Translations under genes and position numbers: made by a program
The notes under the pieces: generated by a model
Seen by the model: only the letters and a program-made list of their open reading frames with translations
Told to the model about the DNA's origin: nothing
The model's database searches: none
Part shown: piece by piece, positions 47,362-56,534 of the stretch
How positions within the stretch are numbered: position 1 is the stretch's first letter
Layout: every line of letters starts with the position of its first letter
Assembly: GCA_963816145.1 (NCBI GenBank)
Contig: CAWFJP010000005.1
Span: 32,001 to 96,000, forward strand
Length of the DNA: 64,000 nt
Reading direction: 5' to 3'
DNA from: an uncultured delta proteobacterium
GTDB lineage: Bacteria > Desulfobacterota > Binatia > UBA9968

Positions 47362-48354
47362 CTAGTATTTCTGAATCACTTCTTTGCCCCACTTGTCCAT
47401 GACTTGATCGTAGACGGCGTTGGGCGGTGTGAGCAGGATGCGTTTCACGCCATCGTCTTCGAGCCGTTTCACCTTGGCGATGCATTCGGCGGGGGTGCCG
47501 GCGATGGTGAAGCGCTCGAGCAGATAGTCGGTGACGAATTTGGGATCGACCCGCTCTTCGATCGGTTTCGCGATGTCGAAGTTGTCCATGAATTTCTGTA
47601 TGCCGCCGGCTTCCCCTTCAGGCACGGTTTCCATGGTGAAGCGGAAGTTGTGATGGGCGCGGTTGGCCATGCGGCTGCGCACGCGCTGGCGTGCCAGGTC
47701 GCCATTGTCGTCGACGACGATCATGCCGGCGGGCATGATGTCGATATCCTCAATTTTTCGCCCTGCGTCCTTGGCGCCTTCGGCGACCCGTTGGCGCGCC
47801 CAGTCGGTGACCTGCTTGTCGAAGCCGGTGCCCAAAATGATCCCATCGCAGGTGCGCCCGGCGACGCGCAAGGTCTTCGGCCCTTCCGCTGAGATGTAAA
47901 TCGGCACGGGCCGCTTACCGGCTTTGAGTTTGACGTTGCCGCCGGCGCGCTCATGGCTCTTGGGCACGTCAACGCCGCGGTCGTGCAAAAGGTCGCGAAT
48001 CACGCGCAGCCCTATTTCGAAATCGACGAGCTTGGTCGCGGTGCGGCCCAGGCTGTAAACCGGCCCGTCGCCGGTGCCCATGCCGACAATGGCGCGGCCG
48101 CCGGAGATTTCGTTCAGCGTCGCGTAGGAACAAGCGGTGATCGTCGGGTCGCGGTAGACCATGTTGGTCACCGCGGTGCCGAAACGGATGGTTTTGGTGT
48201 TGACCGCGCATAGCGCCATTGCCTGGTACGGGTCGACGTTGTTCATTTGGCTGTCGGCGAAAAAGATCGCTTCGAAGCCGAGGGCCTCGGCGCGCTGGGC
48301 GCGCTCGACCGCCTCTTTAACCGTGCGCGCCGATCCATGTAGACAGAAATTCAT
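47362..48354 (-). CDS. LLM-class flavin/F420-dependent oxidoreductase (Mer-like)
   Basis: IFFADSQ, GTAVTN..YRDP, SGGRAIVGMGTGD, PIYISAEGPKTL. Confidence 0.88.
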   Translation of the reverse strand: MNFCLHGSARTVKEAVERAQRAEALGFEAIFFADSQMNNVDPYQAMALCAVNTKTIRFGTAVTNMVYRDPTITACSYATLNEISGGRAIVGMGTGDGPVYSLGRTATKLVDFEIGLRVIRDLLHDRGVDVPKSHERAGGNVKLKAGKRPVPIYISAEGPKTLRVAGRTCDGIILGTGFDKQVTDWARQRVAEGAKDAGRKIEDIDIMPAGMIVVDDNGDLARQRVRSRMANRAHHNFRFTMETVPEGEAGGIQKFMDNFDIAKPIEERVDPKFVTDYLLERFTIAGTPAECIAKVKRLEDDGVKRILLTPPNAVYDQVMDKWGKEVIQKY

Positions 48355-48370
48355 GAGGCTCCTTCATGCA

Positions 48371-48442
48371 AATGGATGATTGAAAATGGAGAATGACTTC
48401 TCGGTCCGTCAATTTTCCATTATCCATTATCCATTTTCAATT
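48371..48442. repeat. Inverted 7-bp repeat array (AATGGAn / nTCCATT)
   Basis: AATGGATGATTGAAAATGGAGAATG ... TTTTCCATTATCCATTATCCATTTTCAATT. Confidence 0.8.
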
Positions 48443-49695
48443 CATTCCTCGCGTGCCAGCGGACGCAGAGGTGAATTGCCAGGCCGGAGATGATGAAGCA
48501 GAGCAGACAGACGGTAAACGACCAGGCGTAGGTGCCGGTGGTGTCGAAGAGATAGCCGCCGATCCAGGAGCCGAAGGCGCTGCCGAAGCCGAAGCTGATT
48601 TCCAAGAAATCCGAAGATCAGACCGATCTTGCGGCCGGAAAAGATATCGCCGATGACCGAGCCGTAAGTGGGATTGCCGGCGCTGTGGCCGACGCCGTAG
48701 AGGATGACGGTGAGATAGACCAGCCAGAGCGGCGCGCCGAAGGTCAGCGCGATCATGCAGGCGACGCCCAGGGTGGTGACTGTTGTGGCGATGGCGTAGG
48801 TCCGGCTGCGGCCGAGCCGGTCGGAGAGCGAGCCCCAAATCAGCGTCGCGCCGATGCGGATGAAGCCGATAAAGCCGAAGTAAAACGATGCCGCCAACTT
48901 TTCATAGCCGACGGCGACGAAGTGGGCGATGGCATGGGTGTTGATCATGAACAACGCGGTGCCGAGGGCCAAGTGGCCGATGGTGATGCACCAGAACGGA
49001 AACGACCGCGCCGCCTGGCCGAGAGTCCAATCACGGTGACTTGGGCGTTGCGAGCCGTGCCGGCCGACGGCGGCGCCGCTAGACGGCGCGGTGTCGCCGT
49101 CGGGGAACTGACCAACCTCCGCCGGTGTGCGGCGTTGAAAGAATGCATTGGCAGGCACTAGGACGAGGAGCAGCAGCGCGCCCGTCGCGACATAGGTCCA
49201 GCGCCAGCCGATGGAGCTGACGAGCATTTGCGTCGCCGGCACCATGACGAGCGCGCCCAACCCCTGGCCCATGGAAGCGATGCCGATGGCGGTGGCGCGC
49301 TTGCGCACGAACCAAAAAGAGATCAGCGCGTTGTGGCCGACGAAACTGAGCGCGCCTTGCCCCAAAGCGGTGACGATGCCGTAGGTAAAATATAGGCCGC
49401 CGAGGGATTGCGCGAAAGACGACAGCACGAGTCCCAGGCCGGTCAGAAATGCACCGAGCGGCATGAGCACGCGCGGCCCATAGCGGTCGAAGGCGAGACC
49501 CACCATCGGCGAGGCGATGGCGTAGACGAAAAAGTTCGCCGACGCGATGCTGGCGCCGGCGCTGCGCGACCACGGGAACTCTTCGAGCAAGGCGAGAAAG
49601 TAAACCCCGAAGGCGCCATTGACACCGCGCATCACCACCATGTTGGCAAAGCATAGCCCGAGGATGACGTAGCCGTAGAAAAACTTGGGATGCAT
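48420..49695 (-). CDS. MFS transporter (OFA/MCT-like) with one frameshift near 48603
   Basis: DRYGPR, WFVRKRATAIG, LSDRLGR; the C-terminus EISFGFGSAFGSWIGGYLFD is in another frame. Confidence 0.85.
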
Positions 49696-49714
49696 GGGAA
49701 CGGGCTCGAACGAC

Positions 49715-49783
49715 AGAGATTTGAGATAGAGACAGAGACCTCGGAGCGGTGGCTGGGGCGGTCTCTATCTCCGATCTCTATCT
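49715..49783. repeat. Inverted GAGA(T/C)A / T(A/G)TCTC repeat array
   Basis: AGAGATTTGAGATAGAGACAGAGACC ... GGTCTCTATCTCCGATCTCTATCT. Confidence 0.7.
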
Positions 49784-49787
49784 TATT

Positions 49788-50348
49788 TCATCTGGCTTCG
49801 GCGGCTTTGATGTCTTTGACTTTGATGTCGAAGTGGAGCGTCTTGCCGGCGAGCGGATGATTGAGGTCGACGATGACGGTTTTTTCATTCACCTTGGCGA
49901 CCTTGAGCGGGATGGCGCGGCCGTCGGGCGCTTTCATCATCAACGTGGCGCCCTCTTTCAACGCTTCGGCCGGGACCTTCTCCCGCGGGATTTCCTGGAT
50001 CGCTTTTTCATTCGGCAGGCCGTAGCCTTCTTCCGGTTTGACGTTGACTTTCTTCTGATCGCCGACCTTGAGGCCGTTGAGCTCACGCTCCAAGCCCTTG
50101 ACGATTTGTCCGGCGCCGTGGATATAGGTCAGCGGTTCCTTGCCGACGCTGGTGTCGATCACTTTGCCGCTGTCGTCGGTGAGGGTGTATTCGATGGTGA
50201 CGATGGAGCCATCCTCGATCTGCGACCCGGGCTTGAGCGTGATCGCTTGACCGGGCTGGCCGCCGCCGGGGCCGGAAAGGCTGGTCAACAAAAACAATGC
50301 CGCGGTCACCGCCCCGCTCATCACCAACAGACCCAACAGTTTTTTCAT
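49788..50348 (-). CDS. Second SlyD/SlpA-type FKBP PPIase with N-terminal signal/TM
   Basis: GLEREL.GLKVG, PEEGYG, DLNHPLAGKTLHF. Confidence 0.9.
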   Translation of the reverse strand: MKKLLGLLVMSGAVTAALFLLTSLSGPGGGQPGQAITLKPGSQIEDGSIVTIEYTLTDDSGKVIDTSVGKEPLTYIHGAGQIVKGLERELNGLKVGDQKKVNVKPEEGYGLPNEKAIQEIPREKVPAEALKEGATLMMKAPDGRAIPLKVAKVNEKTVIVDLNHPLAGKTLHFDIKVKDIKAAEAR

Positions 50349-50429
50349 GAACTCCTCGAAGTAAACCGTTACGAAAATCGCCCCGCGCCAACATATATGG
50401 CGGAAAAATTGAATACAACTAAAATGTCG

Positions 50430-50738
50430 CGCCGTCGTTTCTGTGCTTGCTGTTTGCCCTGACGGTCTCTGGAAAACTCGGCTCGCTCAAGTTTCGCGGC
50501 GGTAGGTTGCCCTATTACCGCCTCGCCGCGGTCTTCGCCCTGGTCGGCCAGCGTTCTTACCTTCCATGCACTCCACGCCGGCGAAGTCTCGGTGGTGAGT
50601 CCGATCATCAACACCACGCCGCTGTTTATTATCGTATTCACGGCGATGTTCTTGCGCGGCGAAGAAAAGATCACCCGGTTGGTGGTGATCGGCTCGATTA
50701 TGTTAGTGGCGGGAATCGCGGTGATTACCGCGCGCTAG
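50430..50738 (+). pseudogene. C-terminal fragment of an EamA/DMT transporter
   Basis: Reads ALHAGEVSVVSPIINTTPLFIIVFTAMFLRGEEKITRLVVIGSIMLVAGIAVITAR*; frameshift near 50552; no 5' half. Confidence 0.7.
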
Positions 50739-50809
50739 CGTGGATTCTAACGGTGCCGGTTAACGCCACGCTTAGCCGGCACTCTCAGCGATCGATCTGC
50801 AATGGGATG

Positions 50810-51073
50810 TTAGGCGGCGACTTCCACAGTTGCATAAAAATCCACTTCTTGCGGTGTGCGTTTTGGAGTAACGGAACGATGTCGCGGTAGTGGTGGTCTT
50901 ATACCATCTTCGCGCATACCTCGCAGGTGCAGTGAAATGGCTTTTTCGATTCGCCGAAGGGTAATATCAATGCTTTTTCCGGTCGCTACACAGCCGGGAA
51001 GGTCAGGCACTGAGGCGCCCCAATCACTAGTAGGATCTTTGTTAATGCGAACCAGATACTGTAATTTTTTCAT
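50810..51073 (-). CDS. hicB: HicB family antitoxin
   Basis: WGASVPDLPGCVATG...AISLHL.GM.EDG; ATGA overlap with hicA. Confidence 0.9.
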   Translation of the reverse strand: MKKLQYLVRINKDPTSDWGASVPDLPGCVATGKSIDITLRRIEKAISLHLRGMREDGIRPPLPRHRSVTPKRTPQEVDFYATVEVAA

Positions 51074-51267
51074 CGCCTCATTCCTTTGAGTCCGGCTTGT
51101 CGCAGAACTGACGCCAACGTGCCCTTCGGCATGTCCTCGCCTGGATGACCGCTGACCGTTACCCGACCTGGTTTCGTAGGATGTTTGAATTGTCGGTGAC
51201 TTCCTTCCGTTACGGTCAATCGCCACCCATCGGCTTCGAGCATCCGAATCACGTCACGAACCTTCAC
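51070..51267 (-). CDS. hicA: HicA family toxin (dsRBD-fold RNase)
   Basis: LEADGW....GSHRQFKHP.KPGRVTV..H...D...GTL.SVLRQAGL. Confidence 0.93.
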   Translation of the reverse strand: MKVRDVIRMLEADGWRLTVTEGSHRQFKHPTKPGRVTVSGHPGEDMPKGTLASVLRQAGLKGMRR

Positions 51268-51446
51268 ATTACTAATATATCACGGAAAAGAAAATCAGCT
51301 CTCGGTTTCTGTGCAACGCAAACGATTGGCTGTCTGTTCCGGAAAAGCTGGGCAAGTGCAAGAATCATTTATCATAATAGATCAAACGGTAATGGTTTGG
51401 TTACGAATTTGCGTCAGGCACCATACCCCGTGGTCGCCCATCCAAC

Positions 51447-51473
51447 AGGGTAGCCACAGGGGGCTACACCTAC
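51447..51473 (-). repeat. GTAG-type REP
   Basis: Minus strand GTAGGTGTAGCCCCCTGTGGCTACCCT, GTAGCC/GGCTAC stem. Confidence 0.65.
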
Positions 51474-51524
51474 ACGGGGATGTGGCCGGAATTAAACTGA
51501 GCTGCATAGCTTCATGCCAGGCGA

Positions 51525-51950
51525 TCATGCCGGCTTGAACTTCGGCAGGGTGATGCCGTCGCCGGTATCTTCGAACACGGTCACGACCGGCATGTCGATC
51601 TTTACTTGTTCGATGGGGCAGCCGATGACGTTGCTGCACAGGCGCGGGCCGTCGTCGAGATCGACCCAGGCGGTGACATAGGGAATATCGGGACCGAAGC
51701 CGCGCAGCGCGGTGCCGACGACTTCGCGAATGATCGTGAAGCAGAATATTTTCCCCTTGCCGCTGACCTGGACCCAGTCAAGTTTTTCGCTGGCGCAATC
51801 GCCGCACACCGGCCGCGGCGGGAAAACCCAGGTCGAGCAGTTGGTACACTTTTGCATCATCAATTTGCCGGCTTTGGCGCCATCCCAGAAGGGTTGGTTG
51901 ACCGGGGTCACTTCGGGGAGCGGTTTCTTAGCTATCTTTTCTTCTGCCAT
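51525..51950 (-). CDS. Zn-ribbon + OB-fold (DUF35) thiolase partner
   Basis: PFWDG, CxxC..PPRPVC..C, VSGKG, PYV. Confidence 0.9.
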   Translation of the reverse strand: MAEEKIAKKPLPEVTPVNQPFWDGAKAGKLMMQKCTNCSTWVFPPRPVCGDCASEKLDWVQVSGKGKIFCFTIIREVVGTALRGFGPDIPYVTAWVDLDDGPRLCSNVIGCPIEQVKIDMPVVTVFEDTGDGITLPKFKPA

Positions 51951-51982
51951 GGTCTACTCCATTGGTATGCGTGAGAGAATTA

Positions 51983-52065
51983 TTCACCACGAAGGTCACG
52001 AAGAGCACGAAGTTCAGAACAAAACTCTTCCGAACCCTTCGTGTCCTTCGTGCCTTCGTGGTGAA
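51983..52065. repeat. Palindromic element, family A
   Basis: TTCACCACGAAGGTCACGAAGAGCACGAAG ... TTCCGAACC-CTTCGTGTCCTTCGTGCCTTCGTGGTGAA. Confidence 0.85.
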
Positions 52066-52090
52066 ATCCTGTATTCATCGTCCGCTGCGG

Positions 52091-53284
52091 TTACGCTTCG
52101 CTGCCGAGAATCGCCGCGGCGGTGCAGCCGAAGTTTTTGCCGTAGTTGACGGCGCCGACACCGGTTGAAATGCCGAATTTGATATTCGGCACCTGGCGCT
52201 CGCCGCCCTCGCCGCGGATCTGCCGGACGGTTTCGATCACATGCAGCATGCCGCCGGTGGTCGACGGTTGGCCGCAGTTGATCATGCCGCCGCTGGTCTG
52301 GATCGGCAGGTCGCCTTTGAAGGTGAAATCGGTCTTCTCGAAGAAGGCTTTGTCGTTTCTGCCGCAGAAGCCGAGATCCTCGATCTGGATCATGACGACG
52401 GGAATATAATCGTCGTAAAGATTCAAACAGCGGATATCTTTGTGCGCTACTCCGGACATGGCGAACGCGCGCTTGCCGGCGTCGGTGATGCCGGTGATGA
52501 GCGGATTGGCGCGGTAGCGCGGCCCGAAGCTGGCGTTGTTGCACTCGCCCCAGCCGAGCAGATAGACCGGCGGTTTGCGCATGGACTTGGCGCGTTCGGC
52601 GGACGTCATGATATAGGCTTTGCCGCCGTTGGCCGGCATGACGCAATCGAACAAGCGGATCGGGTCGGAGATCATGCGCGATTTCTTGTAATCTTCGATG
52701 GTGATCGGTTTTCTCAGGTACGCGTTGGGATTGAGCGAGGCATGGTAGCGCCCGGTGACGGCGACTTTGCCGAAATGGTCGTCGGTCATGCCCGACTCGT
52801 GCATGTAGCGGCTCATCACGAAAGAAATCTTGCAATTGGGTCCCATGACGCCGAAGGGCATTTCGAAGTCGCGGGTGTCGCCATGAGCGCCGCGATGACC
52901 GCCGCGCTCGCTGAACGGCGCGGCGGCCGCGATGACGAGTACGAGGTCGCAGAGCCCTGCTGTGATGGCCGCCGCGGCGTGGCCGAGCAGCGACACCGAG
53001 CTGGCGCCGCCGTTGCCGCCGGCAAGTGAAACACCCGGCGTGATGCCGAGAATCGCCGCCACTTCTTCGGGCCAGAAGGGTTGGGAATGATTCGTGGTAT
53101 AAATTGCGGCCAAGCCCTGGCCGTCGAAGTCCTTCTTAGTCAGGCCGGCGTCTTCGATCGCCAGACGCGCCGCCCAGGCGAGATATTCGGCGGTCGATTT
53201 GCGCGGCTCGCCGGGTTTGCTGCCGAGCCGGTCTGTCGGCGTTTCGCCGATGCCGACCACCGCGGTTTTTCCTCTGATGCTCAT
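52091..53284 (-). CDS. Thiolase-fold protein (SCP-x/Ltp2-like)
   Basis: AVVGIGET, NPNAY, PIRLFDC, LYDDY, TSGG; adjacent to DUF35. Confidence 0.85.
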   Translation of the reverse strand: MSIRGKTAVVGIGETPTDRLGSKPGEPRKSTAEYLAWAARLAIEDAGLTKKDFDGQGLAAIYTTNHSQPFWPEEVAAILGITPGVSLAGGNGGASSVSLLGHAAAAITAGLCDLVLVIAAAAPFSERGGHRGAHGDTRDFEMPFGVMGPNCKISFVMSRYMHESGMTDDHFGKVAVTGRYHASLNPNAYLRKPITIEDYKKSRMISDPIRLFDCVMPANGGKAYIMTSAERAKSMRKPPVYLLGWGECNNASFGPRYRANPLITGITDAGKRAFAMSGVAHKDIRCLNLYDDYIPVVMIQIEDLGFCGRNDKAFFEKTDFTFKGDLPIQTSGGMINCGQPSTTGGMLHVIETVRQIRGEGGERQVPNIKFGISTGVGAVNYGKNFGCTAAAILGSEA

Positions 53285-53314
53285 GGAAATAGTTCCTTTC
53301 TTGATTCAAGCAGA

Positions 53315-53388
53315 ATTATTGCAGCGCACTTTGACTGTCAAGCAATCCCTCCAACTATCTTGACCCAAATGATTCAACCACCTAAGAT
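53315..53388. promoter_or_regulatory. Putative back-to-back sigma70 promoters
   Basis: + strand TTGACC(53360)-17 nt-TAAGAT(53383) before the SBP; - strand TTGACA(53341)-15 nt-AATAAT with an extended TG before the thiolase. Confidence 0.4.
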
Positions 53389-53409
53389 TGCCGCCGATAA
53401 GGAGCCAGA

Positions 53410-54393
53410 ATGAAATTATCAAGGGCAGTTTGTTTGGTTTTGGTTTATTTAGCTGTGACGGGTCGGGGTATTTTATACGCCGCCGATAAACTTGTCGCCG
53501 ACTATGGCGGTCTGTCGGGGTTTCAAAGCGCCGTGTGGGTGGCGAAAGATTTGAAAATTTTCGATAAGCACAATCTTGACGTCGAGGTGATCATGATTAC
53601 CGGCAGCGCCCGCTCGATCGCGGCGCTGATCGGCAACAGCACGCAATTCTCGACCGGCTCGGCGACCGGACCGCTGGCGGCGGCGGTCAAAGGGTCCGAT
53701 CTCAAGGTGATTGCCGCTTCGTACAATAAGTTTCCTTATGCGTTCGTGGTTAAACCGGATATCCGCAACCCGAAGGATTTGCGCGGCAAGAAGGTCAACA
53801 TCCTCAATTTCGGCGGTTCCAACGACCTAGCGCTCCAATTGGCATTGAAAGAGTGGGGATTGAAACTTTCCGACATCCAGGTGATTGTCGGCGGCGACGC
53901 GCCGACGCGCTTGGGTTCGCTCATGACCGGCCGCACGGACGCGACGATTCTTTCGCCGCCACATTTGACGATGGCGGTGAAATCCGGCTATCGCGTGCTC
54001 GCCGACATGGGCGACATGAGCGCGAATTTCCCGCAATCGACGTTGAATGTGAAGGGCGGCTATATGCGCGAAAATCGCGACTTGGTAAAACGCTTCGTGC
54101 GCTCGTATGCCGAAGCGGTTCACGTCATCAAGACGAGCCGCGATCGAACCATGAAAATTTTCGCTAAACGGATGGGCCTCGACGACCCGGCGATGGTCAG
54201 CACGACTTACGATTACTTTGCCCCGCGCTTCTCATTCCCGCCGCGGGTGAATATGGAAGGCGTGCGCGACACGCTCAACTTCTACGCCCAACAAAACGCC
54301 GAATTCAAAAACCACAAGGCCGAAGAGTTTGTCGACTCATCGATCATGGACGAATTGGAAAAAGAAGGGTTCTTTAAAAAACTCGGTGGCTGA
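53410..54393 (+). CDS. ABC SBP, NMT1/THI5
   Basis: Signal; VWVAKD..IFDKHNL, DLRGKKV, FVDSSIMDELEKEGFF. Confidence 0.85.
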   Translation: MKLSRAVCLVLVYLAVTGRGILYAADKLVADYGGLSGFQSAVWVAKDLKIFDKHNLDVEVIMITGSARSIAALIGNSTQFSTGSATGPLAAAVKGSDLKVIAASYNKFPYAFVVKPDIRNPKDLRGKKVNILNFGGSNDLALQLALKEWGLKLSDIQVIVGGDAPTRLGSLMTGRTDATILSPPHLTMAVKSGYRVLADMGDMSANFPQSTLNVKGGYMRENRDLVKRFVRSYAEAVHVIKTSRDRTMKIFAKRMGLDDPAMVSTTYDYFAPRFSFPPRVNMEGVRDTLNFYAQQNAEFKNHKAEEFVDSSIMDELEKEGFFKKLGG

Positions 54394-54467
54394 GAAGTGA
54401 AGACCGTGGTCGTGACTCGTGTTGGTAAATCCCTTCCGGACCGATCACGTTTCACGAACACGATTTC

Positions 54468-55439
54468 TTACTGCGCTTTGCGCGCAAAACTCCAATCCGC
54501 TACATCGTTGATACCGACATCCGGGGAGTTCTTCCGAGTTTCGCGCACGAGCCGGATGACGTTGCGCATGCTTTCGTCTGAGGCGATGCCGGTGCGGCTG
54601 AACAGGCCGAGCATTTCCCGATACATTTCTTCGCGGACATCGGCTTCCTTGATGCCCCATTGCTTGTCGATGATCGCCAGGATATCGGCCTTGCGCGTGC
54701 GAATATATTCCAAGCTCTTGATCAGGGCGCGGATCATTTTGACGATCTCATCGGGCTTCTCTTTCATCTTCTGCAGGTGCACTGCCAAGCCGCCGACAGG
54801 CATGCTCATGATATCGTTGAAGCCGAGGAGCTGGTTGAAGCCGCGCTTTTTGGCCATATGATTGAACGGCGGCACGATCATCGCCGCCTGGATCGCGCCG
54901 CTTTCCAGCGACATGTAGCGCGCCGAGCTGCCGCCGACCTGCAGGAAGGTCACGTCTTTTTCCGGATTCAGATTGTACTTGCGCAGAACTGCGATGGCTT
55001 CGCTGTGCGGCGTGCCGCCGAAGCTGCTGATGCCGAAGGTCTTGCCTTTCAAATCTTCGACCCGCTTGATGTTCGGGCTGGTGACGAGAAAATGATCGGC
55101 ACCGTCCATCACCGACATGACGATGCGCACCGGCGCCCCGGACATCGCGGCGCCGACGAAGTTGGAAAACGTGCCGCCGTAATCGACATGGCGGCTGAGC
55201 ACGCCGTTGACCACCACCTGGTTCTGCATGATGACGACGAGCGCGTTGAGCCCCTCGGCTTTGAAAAAGCCTTTTTCCTCGGCGACGACGTAGGGCAAGG
55301 ACGTGCTGCCGTTGCGCGTGGTAAGGCCCAAGGTAATGCGCTCTTGGGCGTAGATCGATTGGACGTATGGGACCGATAGGACCAATAAGAAAAACAGTCG
55401 GAAGCGGCCGACGGCGCGGTTAGTTCGCATCGATTTCAT
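54468..55439 (-). CDS. ABC SBP, NMT1/THI5
   Basis: Signal; VAEEKGFFKAEGL, DLKGKTFGISSFG, PEKDV. Confidence 0.85.
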   Translation of the reverse strand: MKSMRTNRAVGRFRLFFLLVLSVPYVQSIYAQERITLGLTTRNGSTSLPYVVAEEKGFFKAEGLNALVVIMQNQVVVNGVLSRHVDYGGTFSNFVGAAMSGAPVRIVMSVMDGADHFLVTSPNIKRVEDLKGKTFGISSFGGTPHSEAIAVLRKYNLNPEKDVTFLQVGGSSARYMSLESGAIQAAMIVPPFNHMAKKRGFNQLLGFNDIMSMPVGGLAVHLQKMKEKPDEIVKMIRALIKSLEYIRTRKADILAIIDKQWGIKEADVREEMYREMLGLFSRTGIASDESMRNVIRLVRETRKNSPDVGINDVADWSFARKAQ

Positions 55440-55461
55440 TCAGGTTCCTGGTGACGTTGCG

Positions 55462-56445
55462 TTAACGCGCCGCTTTGGCGATCTCATCGAGCAAGCTGGT
55501 GTCGACGAAATCCTTCGGCTGCGCCTGCTTTGCCCTGGGCTCTTTGTCGGCGAGGAAATCGAGAGCCGCTTGTATCCCTTCCATGGTCGGGTAGGGGATC
55601 GGACGAAACAGCGGCTCGCCAGTGTTGTAGCTGTATTCCAACACCACGTTGTCCTGGGTGTTCATGTATTTGCCGAGAGTTTTCATGGTGAACGCCTTGT
55701 CGGCTTTGATCCGCTCGATGGCGCCGCGATAGGCGCGCATCACCTTCAACGCCGTCGAACGATTGCGCTCTAAATATTTCCTGCTGGTCGCCAAGCTGGT
55801 GTGTTGAAAGGCAACGCCGATCTGCGGCAAGAACGCCAGCTCTTTATAGCCGGCGCGGATCGCGATCATGTTCGTCGGCGGCGACATCACGCCGCCGTGG
55901 AGCGCGCCCGCCGCCATAGCCGGGAGAATTTCCGGCACGCCGCGCATCTGCAAGATACTTACTTCGCTGTCCGCCTTGATATTCCACTTTTTGAGCGCCA
56001 GGCGCAGCGCGAAGTCGGTCGCCGAACCGAAGGTGCTGATGCCGATCTTCTTGCCGCGCAAATCATCCGGCTTGTCGATACCTTTGGTCGTGACGATGGA
56101 AAAGAACGGTGAATTAACAATGCCGGCGACGATTACGACATCGGCACCGGTCAGAGCCGCGGCGATGAGCGCGCCGCCGTAAATTTGCGCGAAGGGAACT
56201 TCGCCGCTCACCAGAGCCGACATCGTCTGCGGCCCGCCGCGTATGTAGATCAATTCGGCGGGCACGCCTTCGCGCGCGAAGTAGCCGCCGTCTTGGGCCA
56301 CCCATGTTGGCAACGACGCCACGCTCGCCGCGCCGACGGCGATGCGCACCGGTTGGGCGAAGGCGGTGACCTCGCCCAAGAGCAAGAAAGAGGCGATCGC
56401 GAGATAAAGCAGAATAGTGCGGCCGGTCAGTTCGGCACCGTTCAT
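55462..56445 (-). CDS. ABC SBP, NMT1/THI5
   Basis: Signal; WVAQDGGYFAREG, DLRGKKIGISTFGSATD, PYPTMEGI, FVDTSLL. Confidence 0.85.
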   Translation of the reverse strand: MNGAELTGRTILLYLAIASFLLLGEVTAFAQPVRIAVGAASVASLPTWVAQDGGYFAREGVPAELIYIRGGPQTMSALVSGEVPFAQIYGGALIAAALTGADVVIVAGIVNSPFFSIVTTKGIDKPDDLRGKKIGISTFGSATDFALRLALKKWNIKADSEVSILQMRGVPEILPAMAAGALHGGVMSPPTNMIAIRAGYKELAFLPQIGVAFQHTSLATSRKYLERNRSTALKVMRAYRGAIERIKADKAFTMKTLGKYMNTQDNVVLEYSYNTGEPLFRPIPYPTMEGIQAALDFLADKEPRAKQAQPKDFVDTSLLDEIAKAAR

Positions 56446-56534
56446 AACGAGTCCCCTCTCGGTTTGGACGGAGTCATGGGTTGGAATATCCACTATTTCT
56501 TTTCTCAAATTGCGACCTCACCGAATGCGGCGGG

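Noticed and set aside
48590-48615. Programmed frameshift in the MFS gene
   Set aside because: No clear slippery heptamer or stimulatory structure; more likely a single indel error or mutation.
1231-52065. Recurrent CACGAAG repeats as a CRISPR array
   Set aside because: Copies are dispersed inverted pairs, not tandem direct repeats with unique spacers, and no cas genes are present.
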